64,000 nt of DNA from NCBI GenBank assembly GCA_043228905.1, contig JBHGNT010000004.1, positions 12,524,001-12,588,000 of the forward strand, in the 5' to 3' direction. The stretch's first letter is position 1. Every line of letters starts with the position of its first letter. Positions 36,775-48,341 of this stretch are shown in pieces. The translations under genes and the position numbers were made by a program. The DNA is from Azolla caroliniana (lineage: Eukaryota; Plantae; Polypodiophyta). A model generated the notes under the pieces. The model was given only the letters and a program-made list of their open reading frames with translations, did no database searches and was not told where the DNA came from.

Positions 36775-39700
36775 CACACACTACCCTCCCCTTAGATTGT
36801 TTAAAGGTTTATGTTTCTAGATTTATGATTATGTTTTAGTTTTTGGATTATGTTCTTTTTTTCTTATTATGTTTATGTGTTAAACTTTTCCATTAGTGTT
36901 TATGTTTAGGCTTAGTATGTTAATCCTTTCCCCTCCCCTTACACCTCGTCTTTAAATTTTAATTATCTCTTTAACCGTGTTTTTATTATTCTTAATCCTA
37001 GGCTTAATTATGTGTTAATCTCCCTCTTTCCCTCCCTCTCTCTCTCTTGCACTTTATTTTTAATTAGTATGTTAATCCCCTCTCTTTTATATAACCCCCT
37101 ATTCCTAATCATGTCATCTCCCTCTACCCTTCCACTACCTCGTCTTCAATTCGGGTGCGCTCAAATTGAGCTTGGTGTTCCTCTTCACGTACCTCTACCC
37201 GTCGATGATGAAGTATTCCACTCTCTCTCTCACACACACACAGACACACACACTACCCTCCCCTTACCTTGTTTTTAGGTTTATGTTTCTAGATTTATGA
37301 TTATGTTTTAGTTTTTGGATTATGTTCTTTTACTCTTATTATGTTTATGTGTTAATCGTTTCCATTAGTGTTTATGTTTAGGCTTAGTATATTAATCCTT
37401 TCCCCTCTCCTTACACCTCGTCTTTAAATTTTTATTATGTCTTTAACCGCGTTTTTTTAATTTTTAATCCTAGGCTTAATTATATGTTCATCTCCCTCCT
37501 TCCCTTCCTCTCTCTCTCTTGCACTTTACCCCTCTCTTTTATCTAACTCCCTATTCCTAATAATTTCATCTCCCTCTACCCTTCCTCTACCTCGTCTTCA
37601 ATTCGGGTGCGCTCAAATCAGACTTGTTGTTCCTCTTCATGTACCTCTACCCGTCGATGATCAACTATTCCACTCTCTCTCTCTCTATCACAGACACACA
37701 TACATTACCCTCCCCATACGTTGTTTATAGGTTTATGTTTCTAGATTTATGATTATGTTTTAGTTTTTGGATTATGTTCTTTTTTTCTTATTATGTTTAT
37801 GTGTTAATCGTTTCCATTAGTGTTTATGTTTAGGCTTAGTATATTAATCCTTTCCCCTCTCCTTACACCTCGTCTTTAAATTTTAATTATGTCTTTAACC
37901 GCGTTTTTTTAATTTTTAATCCTAGGCTTAATTATATGTTAATCTCCCTCCTTCCCTTCCTCTCTCTCTCTTGCACTTTACCCCTCTCTTTTATCTAACT
38001 CCCTATGCCTAATCATTTCATCTCCCTCTACCCTTCCTCTACCTCGTCTTCAATTCGGGTGTGCTCAAATCAAGCTTGGTGTTCCTCTTCACGTACCTCT
38101 ACCCATCGATGATCAACTATTCCACTCTCTCTCTCTCTCTCACAGACACGCACACTACCCTTCCCTTACCTTCTTTATAGGTTTATGTTTCTAGATTTAT
38201 GATTATGTTTTAGTTTTTGGATTATGTTCTTTTTTTCTTATTATATTTATGTGTTAAACTTTTCCATTAGTGTTTATGTTATAGGCTTAGTATGTTAATC
38301 CTTTCCCTTCCCCTTACACCTCGTCTTTAAATTTTAATTATGCCTTTAATTGCGTTTTTTTAATTTTTAATGCTAGGCTTAATTATGTGTTTATCTCCCT
38401 CCTTCCCTCCCCCTCTCTCTCTTGCACTTTATTTTTAATTAGTATGTTAATCCCCTCTCTTTACCACTCTCTTTTATCTAACTCCCTATTCCTAATCATT
38501 TCATCTCCCTCTACCCTTCCTCTTCCTCGTCTTCAATTCGGGTGCTCTCAAATCAAGCTTGGTGTTCCTCTTCATGTACCTCTACCCGTCGATGATCAAC
38601 TATTCCACTCTCTCTCTCTCTTTCTCTCAGACACACACACTACCGTCCCCTTACCTTGTTTTTAGGTTTATGTTTCTAGATTTATGATTATGTTTTAGTT
38701 TTTGGATTATGTTCTTTTACTCTTATTATGTTTATGTGTTAATCGTTTCCATTAGTGTTTATGTTTAGGCTTAGTATATTAATCCTTTCCCCTCTCCTTA
38801 CACCTCGTCTTTAAATTTTTATTATGTCTTTAACCGCGTTTTTTTAATTTTTAATCCTAGGCTTAATTAGATGTTAATCTCCCTCCTTCCCTTCCTCTCT
38901 CTCTCTTGCACTTTACCCCTCTCTTTTATCTAACTCCCTATTCCTAATCATTTCATCTCCCTCTACCCTTCCTCTACCTCGTCTTCAATTCGGGTGCGCT
39001 CAAATCAAGCTTGGTGTTCCTCTTCACGTACCTCTACCCGTCGATGATAAACTATTCCACTCTCTCTCTCTCTCTCTCTCACAGACACGCACACTACCCT
39101 CCCCTTACCTTCTTTATAGGTTTATGTTTCTAGATTTATGATTATGTTTTAGTTTTTGGATTATGTTCTTTTTTTCTTATTATGTTTATGTGTTAAACTT
39201 TTCCATTAGTGTTTATGTTTAGGCTTAGTATGTTAATAGTTTCCCTTCCCCTTACATCTCATCTTTAAATTTTAATTATGTCTTTAACTGCGTTTTTTTT
39301 ATTTTTAATGCTAGGCTTAATTATGTGTTAATGTCCCTCCTTCCCTCCCCTCTCTCTCTTGCACTTTATTTTTAATTAGTATGTTAATCCCCTCTCTTTA
39401 CCACTCTCTTTTATCTAACCCCCTATTTCTAATCATGTCATCTCCCTCTACCCTTCCTCTACCTCGTCTTCAATTCGGGTGCGCTCAAATCAGGCTTGGT
39501 GTTCCTCTTCATGTACCTCCACCCGTCAATGATCAACTATTCCACACACTCTCTCTCTATCACAGACACACACACACTACCCTGGCCTTACCTTGTTTTT
39601 AGGTTTATGTTTCTAAATTTATGATTATGTTTTAGTTTTTGGATTATGTTCTTTTTCTCTTATTATATTTATGAGTTCATCGTTTCCATTAGTGTTTATG

Positions 39701-40021
39701 TTTAGGCTTAGTATGTTAATCCTTTCCCCTCCCCTTACACCTCGTCTTTAAATTTTAATTATGTCTTTAACCGCGTTTTTTTTATTTTTAATCCTAGGCT
39801 TAATTATGTGTTAATCTCCCTCCTTCCCTCCCTCTCTCTCTCTTGCACTTTATTTTTAATTAGTATGTTAATCTCCTCCCTCCCTTTACCCCTCTCGTTT
39901 ATCTAACCCCCTCTTCCTAATCATGTCATCTCCCTCTCCCATTCCTCTACCTCGTCTTCAATTCGGGTGCGCTCAAATCAAGCTTGGTGTTCCTCTTCAC
40001 GTACCTCTACCCGTCGATGAT
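36775..40021. repeat. Tandem array, 7 units of about 450-485 bp
   Basis: TTCAATTCGGGTG recurs near 37146, 37597, 38049, 38532, 38984, 39469 and 39957. Confidence 0.95.
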
Positions 40022-40156
40022 CCTAATCCCTAAATCCTAAACACTACGCGCCTTGTTACGAGCACAAGATCATCAACCCTAATCCCTAAACCCTAGACAC
40101 TACACCCCTCTTAAACCCCTAAACCCTACACCCCTCTGAAACCCCTAAACCCTAAA
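40021..40156 (+). repeat. Degenerate plant telomere-like (CCCTAAA)n tract
   Basis: Runs of ccctaaa/ccctaat/ccctaca. Confidence 0.8.
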
Positions 40157-41332
40157 CGTCTCTTACATCTTGGCTCCACCCACCGATGATCTACCATTCC
40201 ACACTCGTTGTCATGACCGTATGGTGAACATAGAACATGCCCTTACTTTCTACAAAGGCCCACGTATCGGGGATAGGCACCCACGACGGGATAGCATCGT
40301 CAACCACCGAGCCCTTGTTCGTGTCGAGTGCCCCCATAAAACATTACATGGCATTGCAAATGGTGTCATCGGCTTTCTCTCGCTTCTCAACATCTCTTTG
40401 ATATGTTGTCGTGTTGTTCTGCTTGCGCGGGAGAGACAAAGGTGGGACCACGGGGGCCTTGAACCGAGGAATAACCGAACAGAAGGAGGTGCGACGCAGG
40501 AACAATGGCCGAGCCACACACACACTCAAATACACAGAGCTCGCAACTGATTTGATAATGAAAAAAAAAACAAGACGAATATATATATATGATTAGGGTT
40601 ACAACCGGTAGGCTAGTGAGCGACAACACTGTAACACTCACACGCACACACAGAAACGTGAGACGGAGACTCTGCCGGAAGCACTCGGGCTTTCCACGAA
40701 GCAGAGGCACCCTCCTGAAAACCTACACAGAGCAACAATAGAGGAGGACAAAGGAGAAGGGCTCGGTCCTAGTCCGACAGCACTTCGTCCTCGACAGAAC
40801 GCGATCCCAACTCTGCCCCTTTTCCTCTCTTTTATAGCCCAAGGAGGGAAAGACGTTAGAACCGGTCACACCACCATTATTCTTTGTCCTTTCGGATCGA
40901 GATACTCCTAGATTTCCTACCTAATGAATACGCGCTACCTAGGATATTCGCATCGACCGGTCTGTACCTAACTATGTACAATACATCAAACTTTGTGCTC
41001 GCGTGTAAGGGCCGGTTCACGCACACAATTCGCGGATTCCGGCTCTGGACGGTTTTCTCCTCGACATCCACCCCCACCAAACTGCGCATCCACCGGTATG
41101 CGCCAACTAGACCTTAGCCAAAGAGAACCGGCCCGTTCTCATCATTCGTTCTCCGAATTGTCGTCCTCCCCGATCCAGTCGTCACTGTCATCCACGCTCT
41201 ATGGGTCTGGTTCGTCTTCATGCCGCTTCTTGAATGCCTTGATCCTCTTCCTGGCCACCGGCACGACTATCCTTGTTCCGTCGAGCTCCGTGAGATGGTA
41301 GGTGCCATTGTTGTTGGCGCTTGTCGCCGTAT

Positions 41333-41660
41333 AAGGCCCGAACCACCTCCTTGCAAATTTTCGCATCGCCTTGTGCTGGTTGTCGAGGCTGTTGTCGTAG
41401 ACCAAAACCCAGTCACCTTCCTCAATTTTCTTCGATCGCAGCCAGTGAATGCAGTCGAATTGTCCCTTGCTCCTTTCCCTCCCCGTACGCGCTTGTCATT
41501 GCGTAAGGCCCGAACCACCTCGCAAATTTTTGCATCGCCTTGTGCTGGTTGTCGAGGCTGCTGTCGTAGACCAAAACCCAGTCACCTTCCTCAATTTTCT
41601 TTGATCGCAGCCAGTGAATGCAGTCGAATTGTCCCTTGCTCCTTTCCCTCGCCGTACGCA
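41333..41660. repeat. Tandem duplication (about 170 bp) in integrase C-terminus
   Basis: YD(N/S)SLDNQHKAM.KFAR..WFGPY is encoded twice. Confidence 0.85.
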
Positions 41661-43885
41661 GCTTCGCCATTGCTTGTTCCACATCGTCCGGTCTTTGTTC
41701 GAGCTATCGGATTCATGCCACTAACAACTCTACCGGCATGAACTCGGTTGCCGAACTATGCGTAGTTCAGTCCGCCCACAATGCATAAGACAGGAGTCGC
41801 GGCCAATTTCCGACTTAGCCTCTACATGCCCGTACTATCGCTTTTACGATTGGCCCCTGCCCGCATTCCACCTTCTCGTTCGCCTCTGGATTGTATGCCG
41901 TGGTGAGGGAGAGTTTAACCCCCAACCGATCAAATAGGTCTTCGTCCTCTTGAGCGTCCAGTTCTCCCCGGTCAACTATGATCTTCCCTACGCACCCGTA
42001 CCGGCATACCACCTCTTCGATCAAGAACAGGCACACGACCGTGATTGTCTTGTTCTACAATGTGCGGCCCTCCACCTGGTTCGTCAGGTCCTCTCGTGCT
42101 AGCACCTGGTACCGCTTCTACCCTACTCCCATCGGCATCATCACCAGATCCACCGTCCACTTCAAACGGTCGACAAGTAAGTCGGGTGCAGCTCATCCCG
42201 ATGTCGGATTATGGAGTGCATCTGGCAACTTTCACAAGTCGTCACGAACTGATGCACGTCCCGGTATAGTCCCGGCCACCAATACTTCTCCTTCAGCTTC
42301 TCGAACGTGGCCCATGTCCCGCGATGTCCGGCCCAAGGACTATCATGGTACGCCGTCAACAATGCCTCTTGCTCTTCCTTCCTTGCCACTACCCAAAGTG
42401 GGACGTCGTCTCGCTTCTTCGGGTGCTTCCATATGCTTTGGTCCCGTAGGAAGAATCAGTACGCTTTCTTCCTGATCCGGTTAGCCTCTTCCTTTGTCCA
42501 CGCCGCATTCGGTATCATCGTCTTCAAGAACCTGCCAATCTGGAGCCACTCCCTGTCGTACCTGCCCTCGTCGAACTCGTTAAGCGCCGGAGTGCTCTCC
42601 TTTCTCGTCGTCTCGAAGAAGTCCACGTCGACTTCCTCGTCCTCCGAAACCATGCCGCCCTTGTCATCAAACCTCGCTCTCGAAAGCATGTTGGCCATGG
42701 TGTTGTCTTTCCCGGAAATGTGTCGTAGCTCCAGGTTTAGGGACTAAATGTACGCGATCCACCTGAACATCGCCAGGTCCGGTGTCGCGCATCCGGAAAC
42801 CATACCGAGGATCGGTAGGCAGTCCGTCTCTATTCTCACCTCTGTCCCGATCAGGTAGTCTTTGTCAGCCTTCACCGCTGAAATGATACCCCAGAGTTCG
42901 CATTTAACCTGGGCGTATCCTCGTTGTTGCTCGCTGAGTACTTTCACATCGAACCAAGGAACCTCGCACCGTTCTCATCCTTCTGGTTGATCACCCATCC
43001 TATCCCGGTCGGACTCGTGTCTACGATTACAAAAATCGGAACATCCTTTCCGTAAACCGTTTTCCGGAGCGCCAGTGCCGTAGCATGTGCTTCCTTCATT
43101 TTTCGGACCGCCTCCGTATGCTCCCCGCTCCACTGGAATTTGCGCCCTTTCTTCAACAACCTGTAGAGTGGCTCCGCGATGTGGGCGTAATGCGGGATCC
43201 AAATGTGGTAGAACGCACAAGCTCCCAAGAACCTCCGGACTTCCGTAATCGACTTGCAGTCTCCCTTCATCGCGGAGATGGCTTCTACCTTGGTTGGAGA
43301 CGGTTTCCGGCCATAAGGGTACACATCCACACCAGGCCGAGAGGAGTCCGCATCGTCGTAATATCCCTGCTCTCTACGTTTTTGGCAAATTTAACCGTAT
43401 ATGAAGGTTAATTTAAAAATGAAACCGTCAATCTTGACGGGCATATGTTTTATGAAAATGTAAAAATGAAGGCTTAAAATTTCCTAATATCGTCAAATTT
43501 TACTAAGACCAATACAATAGTATGATAGTCCTAGGTAGTAGGAATAATGTTAACGTTTCGGTTGCATTGGGAGTGTAGGAATTTGAAAGGCTCACAGATG
43601 TGTAACAAAAAGGTAAAAAAACTAATAGAGTCTAAATTATGAATCATTTCTTCCCAATTCCCCGTTTCCCCATCTAAGACCTTCCTTTCCCTTTCCCCCC
43701 TTTCCCCCCTTTTCCCCCATTTCCCCCTTTTTCTCCTGTTTGTTCCTTGCTCCCTCAGCCTTGCACCTTGCCGGAAGTTCTCAGCTCAGTGCTCACTATC
43801 CCTACTCAAAGCTTGTTGCTCGTTGCCTGCTAGTCATAGATTTAGCAACATCTCCTACAACAGTCCTGCTCACCCATCTAAGGTA

Positions 43886-43942
<57 letters not shown>

Positions 43943-44125
43943 AAGATTAAAATAGACTAAACCATCCTCATTGAAGATTTCATAAAATTCCATTGTCATG
44001 GACACCACTTAAAAAGCACATAGGTGATACATCATGGTAGAAGTAGCAATTAAGAATCAAAATCATAGTTCAGGATACAAAATTGACAAAGGCTCAAACC
44101 TAATACAAAATACAAGAAACTTTCA

Positions 44126-44611
44126 TCAATATGCCCCCTTAAGATCATTAACAACATCATATGGAATAGGTGTAACAGTCTCCAAGGTAGTGATAAAACC
44201 AGGTTTTGGCCCTTCCGACTGCCTCTTAGTAGAAATCTTCTCACCTTTAGCTTTGGCTTCAGCCTTGACCAGATCATTCTTCTTGATTCTTTCAATCAAA
44301 TCCTCCTTGCAACGTGAGGGTTGCATGTGCTCAATACGAACATGTATTCTCTTCCTCACAATTCTAGTGTTCACCTGTTTGTTCATCTGGACACCAATCA
44401 CTCGTTTTGTGACGTTCTAGACAACACCAGTGCGTCCATGGTAGAACTTGTGAGGCATACCCTTGTGGATGGCACCATTCACCTTGATGTTGACATAGTC
44501 ACCAATTCTGTAGGTGTGAAGGTAGGTGGAGAGATGGATATAACCTTTCCACCTGAACGGGCGAGTGAAGAGATCACATGTACGAGATCTCTGTCCATGT
44601 CCTGCAAGCAT
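44126..44611 (-). pseudogene. RPL21: 60S ribosomal protein L21 (eL21) intronless pseudogene
   Basis: [79 protein letters not shown]. In-frame TAG at 44417-44419 and a small deletion. Confidence 0.96.
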
Positions 44612-44621
44612 CTCTAGCGAT

Positions 44622-44874
44622 CTTCTTCTTCTTCTTCTGCCTGCGTCCTCTCTCTCTCTCTCTCTCTTTGGTATGAACTTTAGATAATAGAGACTCTTCT
44701 TCTTCTTCTTCTTCTACCTGCGTCGTCTCTCACTCTCTTTGGTATGAACTTTAGATAATAGAGACTCTTCTTCTTCTTCTTCTACTTGCATCGTCTCTCT
44801 CTCTCTCTCTCTCTCTCTCTTTGGTATGAACTTTAGATAATAGAGACTCTTCTTCTTCTTCTTCTTTTGCCTGT

Positions 44875-44932
<58 letters not shown>

Positions 44933-44958
44933 GTATGAACTTTAGATTAATAGAGACT
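44622..44958. repeat. Four tandem units of (TCT)n-GCCTGCGTC-(CT)n-TTGGTATGAACTTTAGATAATAGAGAC
   Basis: TTGGTATGAACTTTAGAT occurs four times, separated by microsatellites of variable length. Confidence 0.9.
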
Positions 44959-45737
44959 GACGTTTCATGCTTTTGCATATTATTGTCTCAATACAAATCC
45001 TCAACTTTTAACAATGATCCATCTCATCATATCAATAGTTATTTCCTATGGTTAGGAAATTACTACATATCCAACGTTGATGGCCAGAGCATTTTCCGAT
45101 TCTATTAATGGCTAAATCATTCTTATATTTCCCTCTACGGAAATTTACAATGGCTTGCCTAATATCATTGTTGCTTCTGTTAACTACCAATGTTGCTCGT
45201 ACTTGTGCCATGTTTTCTTCTTTTGATTGCACCTATGGTTCCTTGATGGTGTGGGATGATACACCTTCAAGCAATTCGTTTTCCACCATCCGATCACTCA
45301 CCACATTGTTTTGCTTCTTGGTTTGCTCTCTTGTCATGCCTTTTCTGGGCTTTCGTTGGTTTTAGTTGTTGAGTTCCAGATGAAGTAGGAAATACCACCA
45401 AATTCTTTTACTAGTCCATCAAAACTGGTATTGCTCTCCTCTTTAAGGGCAGAAGTTTGGGAATTTCTTCTTGGTTGCTGTGTAGTAGATAACACACACT
45501 CAGAGTGTGTTGCAATTTGAAAGGCTCATAGATGTCAATATCTTAACCTTAGTTGATCTCTCATATTTCATACAAAGTCTACAAGACCCTTGTTTGTGGA
45601 GTTGTGATAGTAACATGCTAATATGGACATATGACTAAGTTTTGGATGCTTAGAGTTGTATGACATTACTCATATCTTAGAGATTATCCTTTTCGCGTCA
45701 AAATGATACAAATCCCAATATTGCAAAATCTAAGGGA

Positions 45738-46345
45738 ATGAGGCCATTTATAGATGGATCACTTGAAAGTTGTATTAAACTATCTCAAAATTATGTGCAA
45801 AATGTTATTGATGGACTAAATGCAAGATTCCCTGACTTAAGCCTCTTCAATGCAACAAAATTATTCAGCCCATGCCATTATGCAGATGATGATGTGATTA
45901 GGGATAGTAAAGCAAAGACATGGTTGGGAATTTTGATTTCTCACTTACAGCCAAATGTTGATGTTAATGCATGTCTTCAAATTTTACATGATGCAAAGGC
46001 TTGTGAAATGGAACTCTATAGGTTTGTTGACACTTTACGTTTAAATTGTGAAGGCTATACTATGCATGAAGCTTCGCGTATGTTTTGCAAAATGAAGGAT
46101 TGGCAAGATAGTTTCCCTCATTTGATGAAATTATGGCAAGCTACTTTGGTTATTCCGTCTAGCACAGTTTCGTGTGAGAGAGGGTTCTCTAAGCAAAATC
46201 TCATCAAAGAGATGAAAAGAAATCGATTGAATATAAAGCATTTAGATGATTTAATGTGAGTCTCATTGAATGGGCCACGCATTGAAGAAATACAATAGGA
46301 TCGTGTACATGAAATTTGGAAAGATGCAAAGGATAGAAGGGTATA
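45738..46345 (+). pseudogene. hAT transposase C-terminal fragment (dimerisation domain)
   Basis: L.ARFP, FPHLMKL...LVIPSSTVSCERGFSKQNLIK..KRNRL...LDDLM*VSLNGP. Confidence 0.9.
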
Positions 46346-47281
46346 ATATATTGTTTCATACAAATATTCGATGTATTTACTTTTTGAAGGGCACTTTTTT
46401 TGACAAACCGTCATGTGATGGGCCAAAAATTTGGAATACCGTTCTCATGACAGGCAATGTTAGCCATCAAAAGGCAAGACTACTCCCAACCCGCATTCCT
46501 GCCGACGTCGAGTAGTGGATGGTCTCCGCATGGCGCGCCGCCACTTCTTCCATCAGCCGCTTTATTCCTCTGCGTCCAATATTCAACTCCAAGCCTCTCT
46601 GGGTCTCGCTAGCATGCACTCGCCCGTTCCACAGGTACAACACGTTAGCCCTGAGCGCTTCTACGTTAGCCTCGGATATTCGCATCGGTCGTTCTGTACC
46701 TAACTATGTACAATACATCAAACTTTGTGCCCGCGTGTAAGGGTGGGCTGGTTCACACACACTATTCTCAGATTCCGCCTCAGGATGGTTTTCTTCTTGA
46801 CAACGCATCGTTCCCCGACATCCCCTCATACACCTTTAAATACCCTCACCTTTCTTTTTCTTTTTTCTTATTATCATACCTCTACCCCTCCCTCCACTTT
46901 GTTTTAAAATGTTTTTTGCCCCATCCCACTATTAACCTTTTTTCCTCTACCCCTACAATTTTCCCTATTTACGCCTCTACCCCTCCTCCCTTTTACCTAA
47001 GTCTGCCTATACCCCTCCCTATCTACACCTCTACCCCTCCCCCTAGCTTCACCTTTTTACCTTACCACCTTACCTCTCCCTATGCCTAACCCTTTCCCTC
47101 TCGACCTTTTTGCACGCATTACCACTCCCCTTAACACCATTCCCTTTTCCTTTTCTTATACACCCTTAACACATTAAAACCCACTACCCTTTCCTTTCTT
47201 AAATGCACATGTGCACATAGCACACCCTCACCCCCCACTCCCTAATTTGAACCCTCTCCACCATCCACCTTACCCCTCCCT

Positions 47282-47298
47282 CCTAAACCCTATATAAA
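47282..47298 (+). promoter_or_regulatory. Telo-box-like CCTAAACCCTA overlapping TATATAAA, about 25 nt upstream of the hammerhead (same at 36382-36398)
   Basis: Identical in both copies. Confidence 0.5.
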
Positions 47299-47314
47299 CC
47301 CCCTCAAATCCACT

Positions 47315-47379
47315 CATGGTCTTATGGCACTGATGAGCCCTTTGGGGCGAAACTAGTTTGACAGTAGCATTAGAACATG
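47315..47379 (+). ncRNA. Type I hammerhead ribozyme motif with intact catalytic core
   Basis: tggca CTGATGA gccc-tttg-gggc GAA ACTAGT T tgaca. Predicted cleavage after GUU at 47358. One mismatch in each part of helix I. Confidence 0.87.
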
Positions 47380-47748
47380 CCCCCCAAACCCCATGTAATT
47401 TTTTGTAATGATAATTACATGTTTTAATTATGTTTCTCTCTCTCTCTCTCTCTCTCTCTCCCTTTTAATTAGGTTTTAATCTTGTTTTTAATTAGGATGT
47501 TAAATCTCTCGTCTCCCCTTGCCCCTCTTTTTAATTTTTAATTATGTTTTTAATCTCATTTTTAGTTTTAATCTTAGACTTAATTATGTTTTAATCTCTC
47601 TCTCTCTCTCTTTCCCTTTTAATTAGGTTTTAATCTTGTTTCTAATTAGGATGTTAAATCCCTTGTCTCCCCTTACCCCTCTTTTTAATTTTTAACAATG
47701 TTTTTAATCTCGTTTTTAGTTTTAATCTTAGACTTAATTATGTTTTAA

Positions 47749-47791
<43 letters not shown>

Positions 47792-48268
47792 ACCCTCCCC
47801 TTACCCTATTTTTAGGTTTATGTTTCTAGATTTATGATTATGTTTTAGTTTTTGGATTATGTTCTTTTTTTCTTATTATGTTTATGTGTTAAAACATTTC
47901 CATTAGAGTTTATGTTTAGGCTTAATATGTTAATCCTCTCCCTTCCCCTTACCCCCATCTTTAAATTTTAATTATGTCTTTAATCCAGTTTTTTATATTT
48001 TTAATCCTAGGCTTAATTATGTGTTAATCTCTCTCCTTCCCTCCCTCTGTCTCTTGCACTTTATTTTTAATTAATATGTTAATCCCCTCTCTTTACCCCT
48101 CTCCTTTATCTAACCCCCTATTCCTAATCATGTCATTTCCCTGTCCCCTTCCTCTACCTCGTCTTCGATTCGGTTGCGCTCAAATCGAGCTTGGTGTTCC
48201 TTTGCACGTACCTCTACCCGCCAATGATCCACTATTCCACACTCCTTGTTACGACTGCAAGGTCATCA

Positions 48269-48341
48269 ACCCTAAACTCTAAACCCTAATCCCTAATACC
48301 TAAACCCTACACCCCATCTAAACCCCTAAACCCTAAACCCC
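48269..48341 (+). repeat. Degenerate telomere-like (CCCTAAA)n tract
   Basis: ccctaaactctaaaccctaatccctaataccctaaaccc-type runs. Confidence 0.8.

Larger units (their letters stand above)
36339..40406 (+). mobile_element. Hammerhead-ribozyme-bearing repeat, copy 1 (candidate non-LTR retrozyme / Penelope-dependent element); continues at 46803
   Basis: Colinear with 47209-48422: TATA, hammerhead, CT-rich tract, about 460-bp unit(s), telomere-like tract. Confidence 0.65.
43376..46459 (+). mobile_element. hAT-superfamily DNA transposon remnant (left end unclear) carrying an RPL21 retrocopy
   Basis: Non-gypsy insert inside the gypsy, with a hAT dimerisation domain near its right end. Matching TIRs and TSD were not found. 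Confidence 0.6.
40407..46802 (-). mobile_element. Deleted Trp-PBS-type gypsy relative: 3' LTR 40407-41066, PPT, INT-RH-RT remnants to 43375, gag and LTR-end remnant 46460-46802
   Basis: Proteins homologous to 3570-6200. 46670-46802 repeats 40940-41066. Flanks atgt/acgc are compatible with a C>T-decayed 4-bp TSD. Confidence 0.8.

Noticed and set aside
37012-39602. Repeated short ORFs (MLIPSL...RLQFGCAQI) as a peptide gene family
   Set aside because: They are by-products of the pyrimidine-rich tandem unit, broken in several units, with no recognisable domain
40021-40156. True telomere or chromosome-fusion scar
   Set aside because: It is short, degenerate and present at the same position in both repeat copies, so it is part of the element
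44126-44611. Functional RPL21 gene
   Set aside because: In-frame stop at a conserved Trp, a deletion near the C-terminus and substitutions at conserved residues
44622-44958. CRISPR-like repeat-spacer array
   Set aside because: The spacers are homologous microsatellites, the context is eukaryotic and there are no cas genes
45032-45365. Minus-strand ORF remnant inside the hAT insert
   Set aside because: It is interrupted by a stop and has no recognisable motif, so it cannot be assigned without a search
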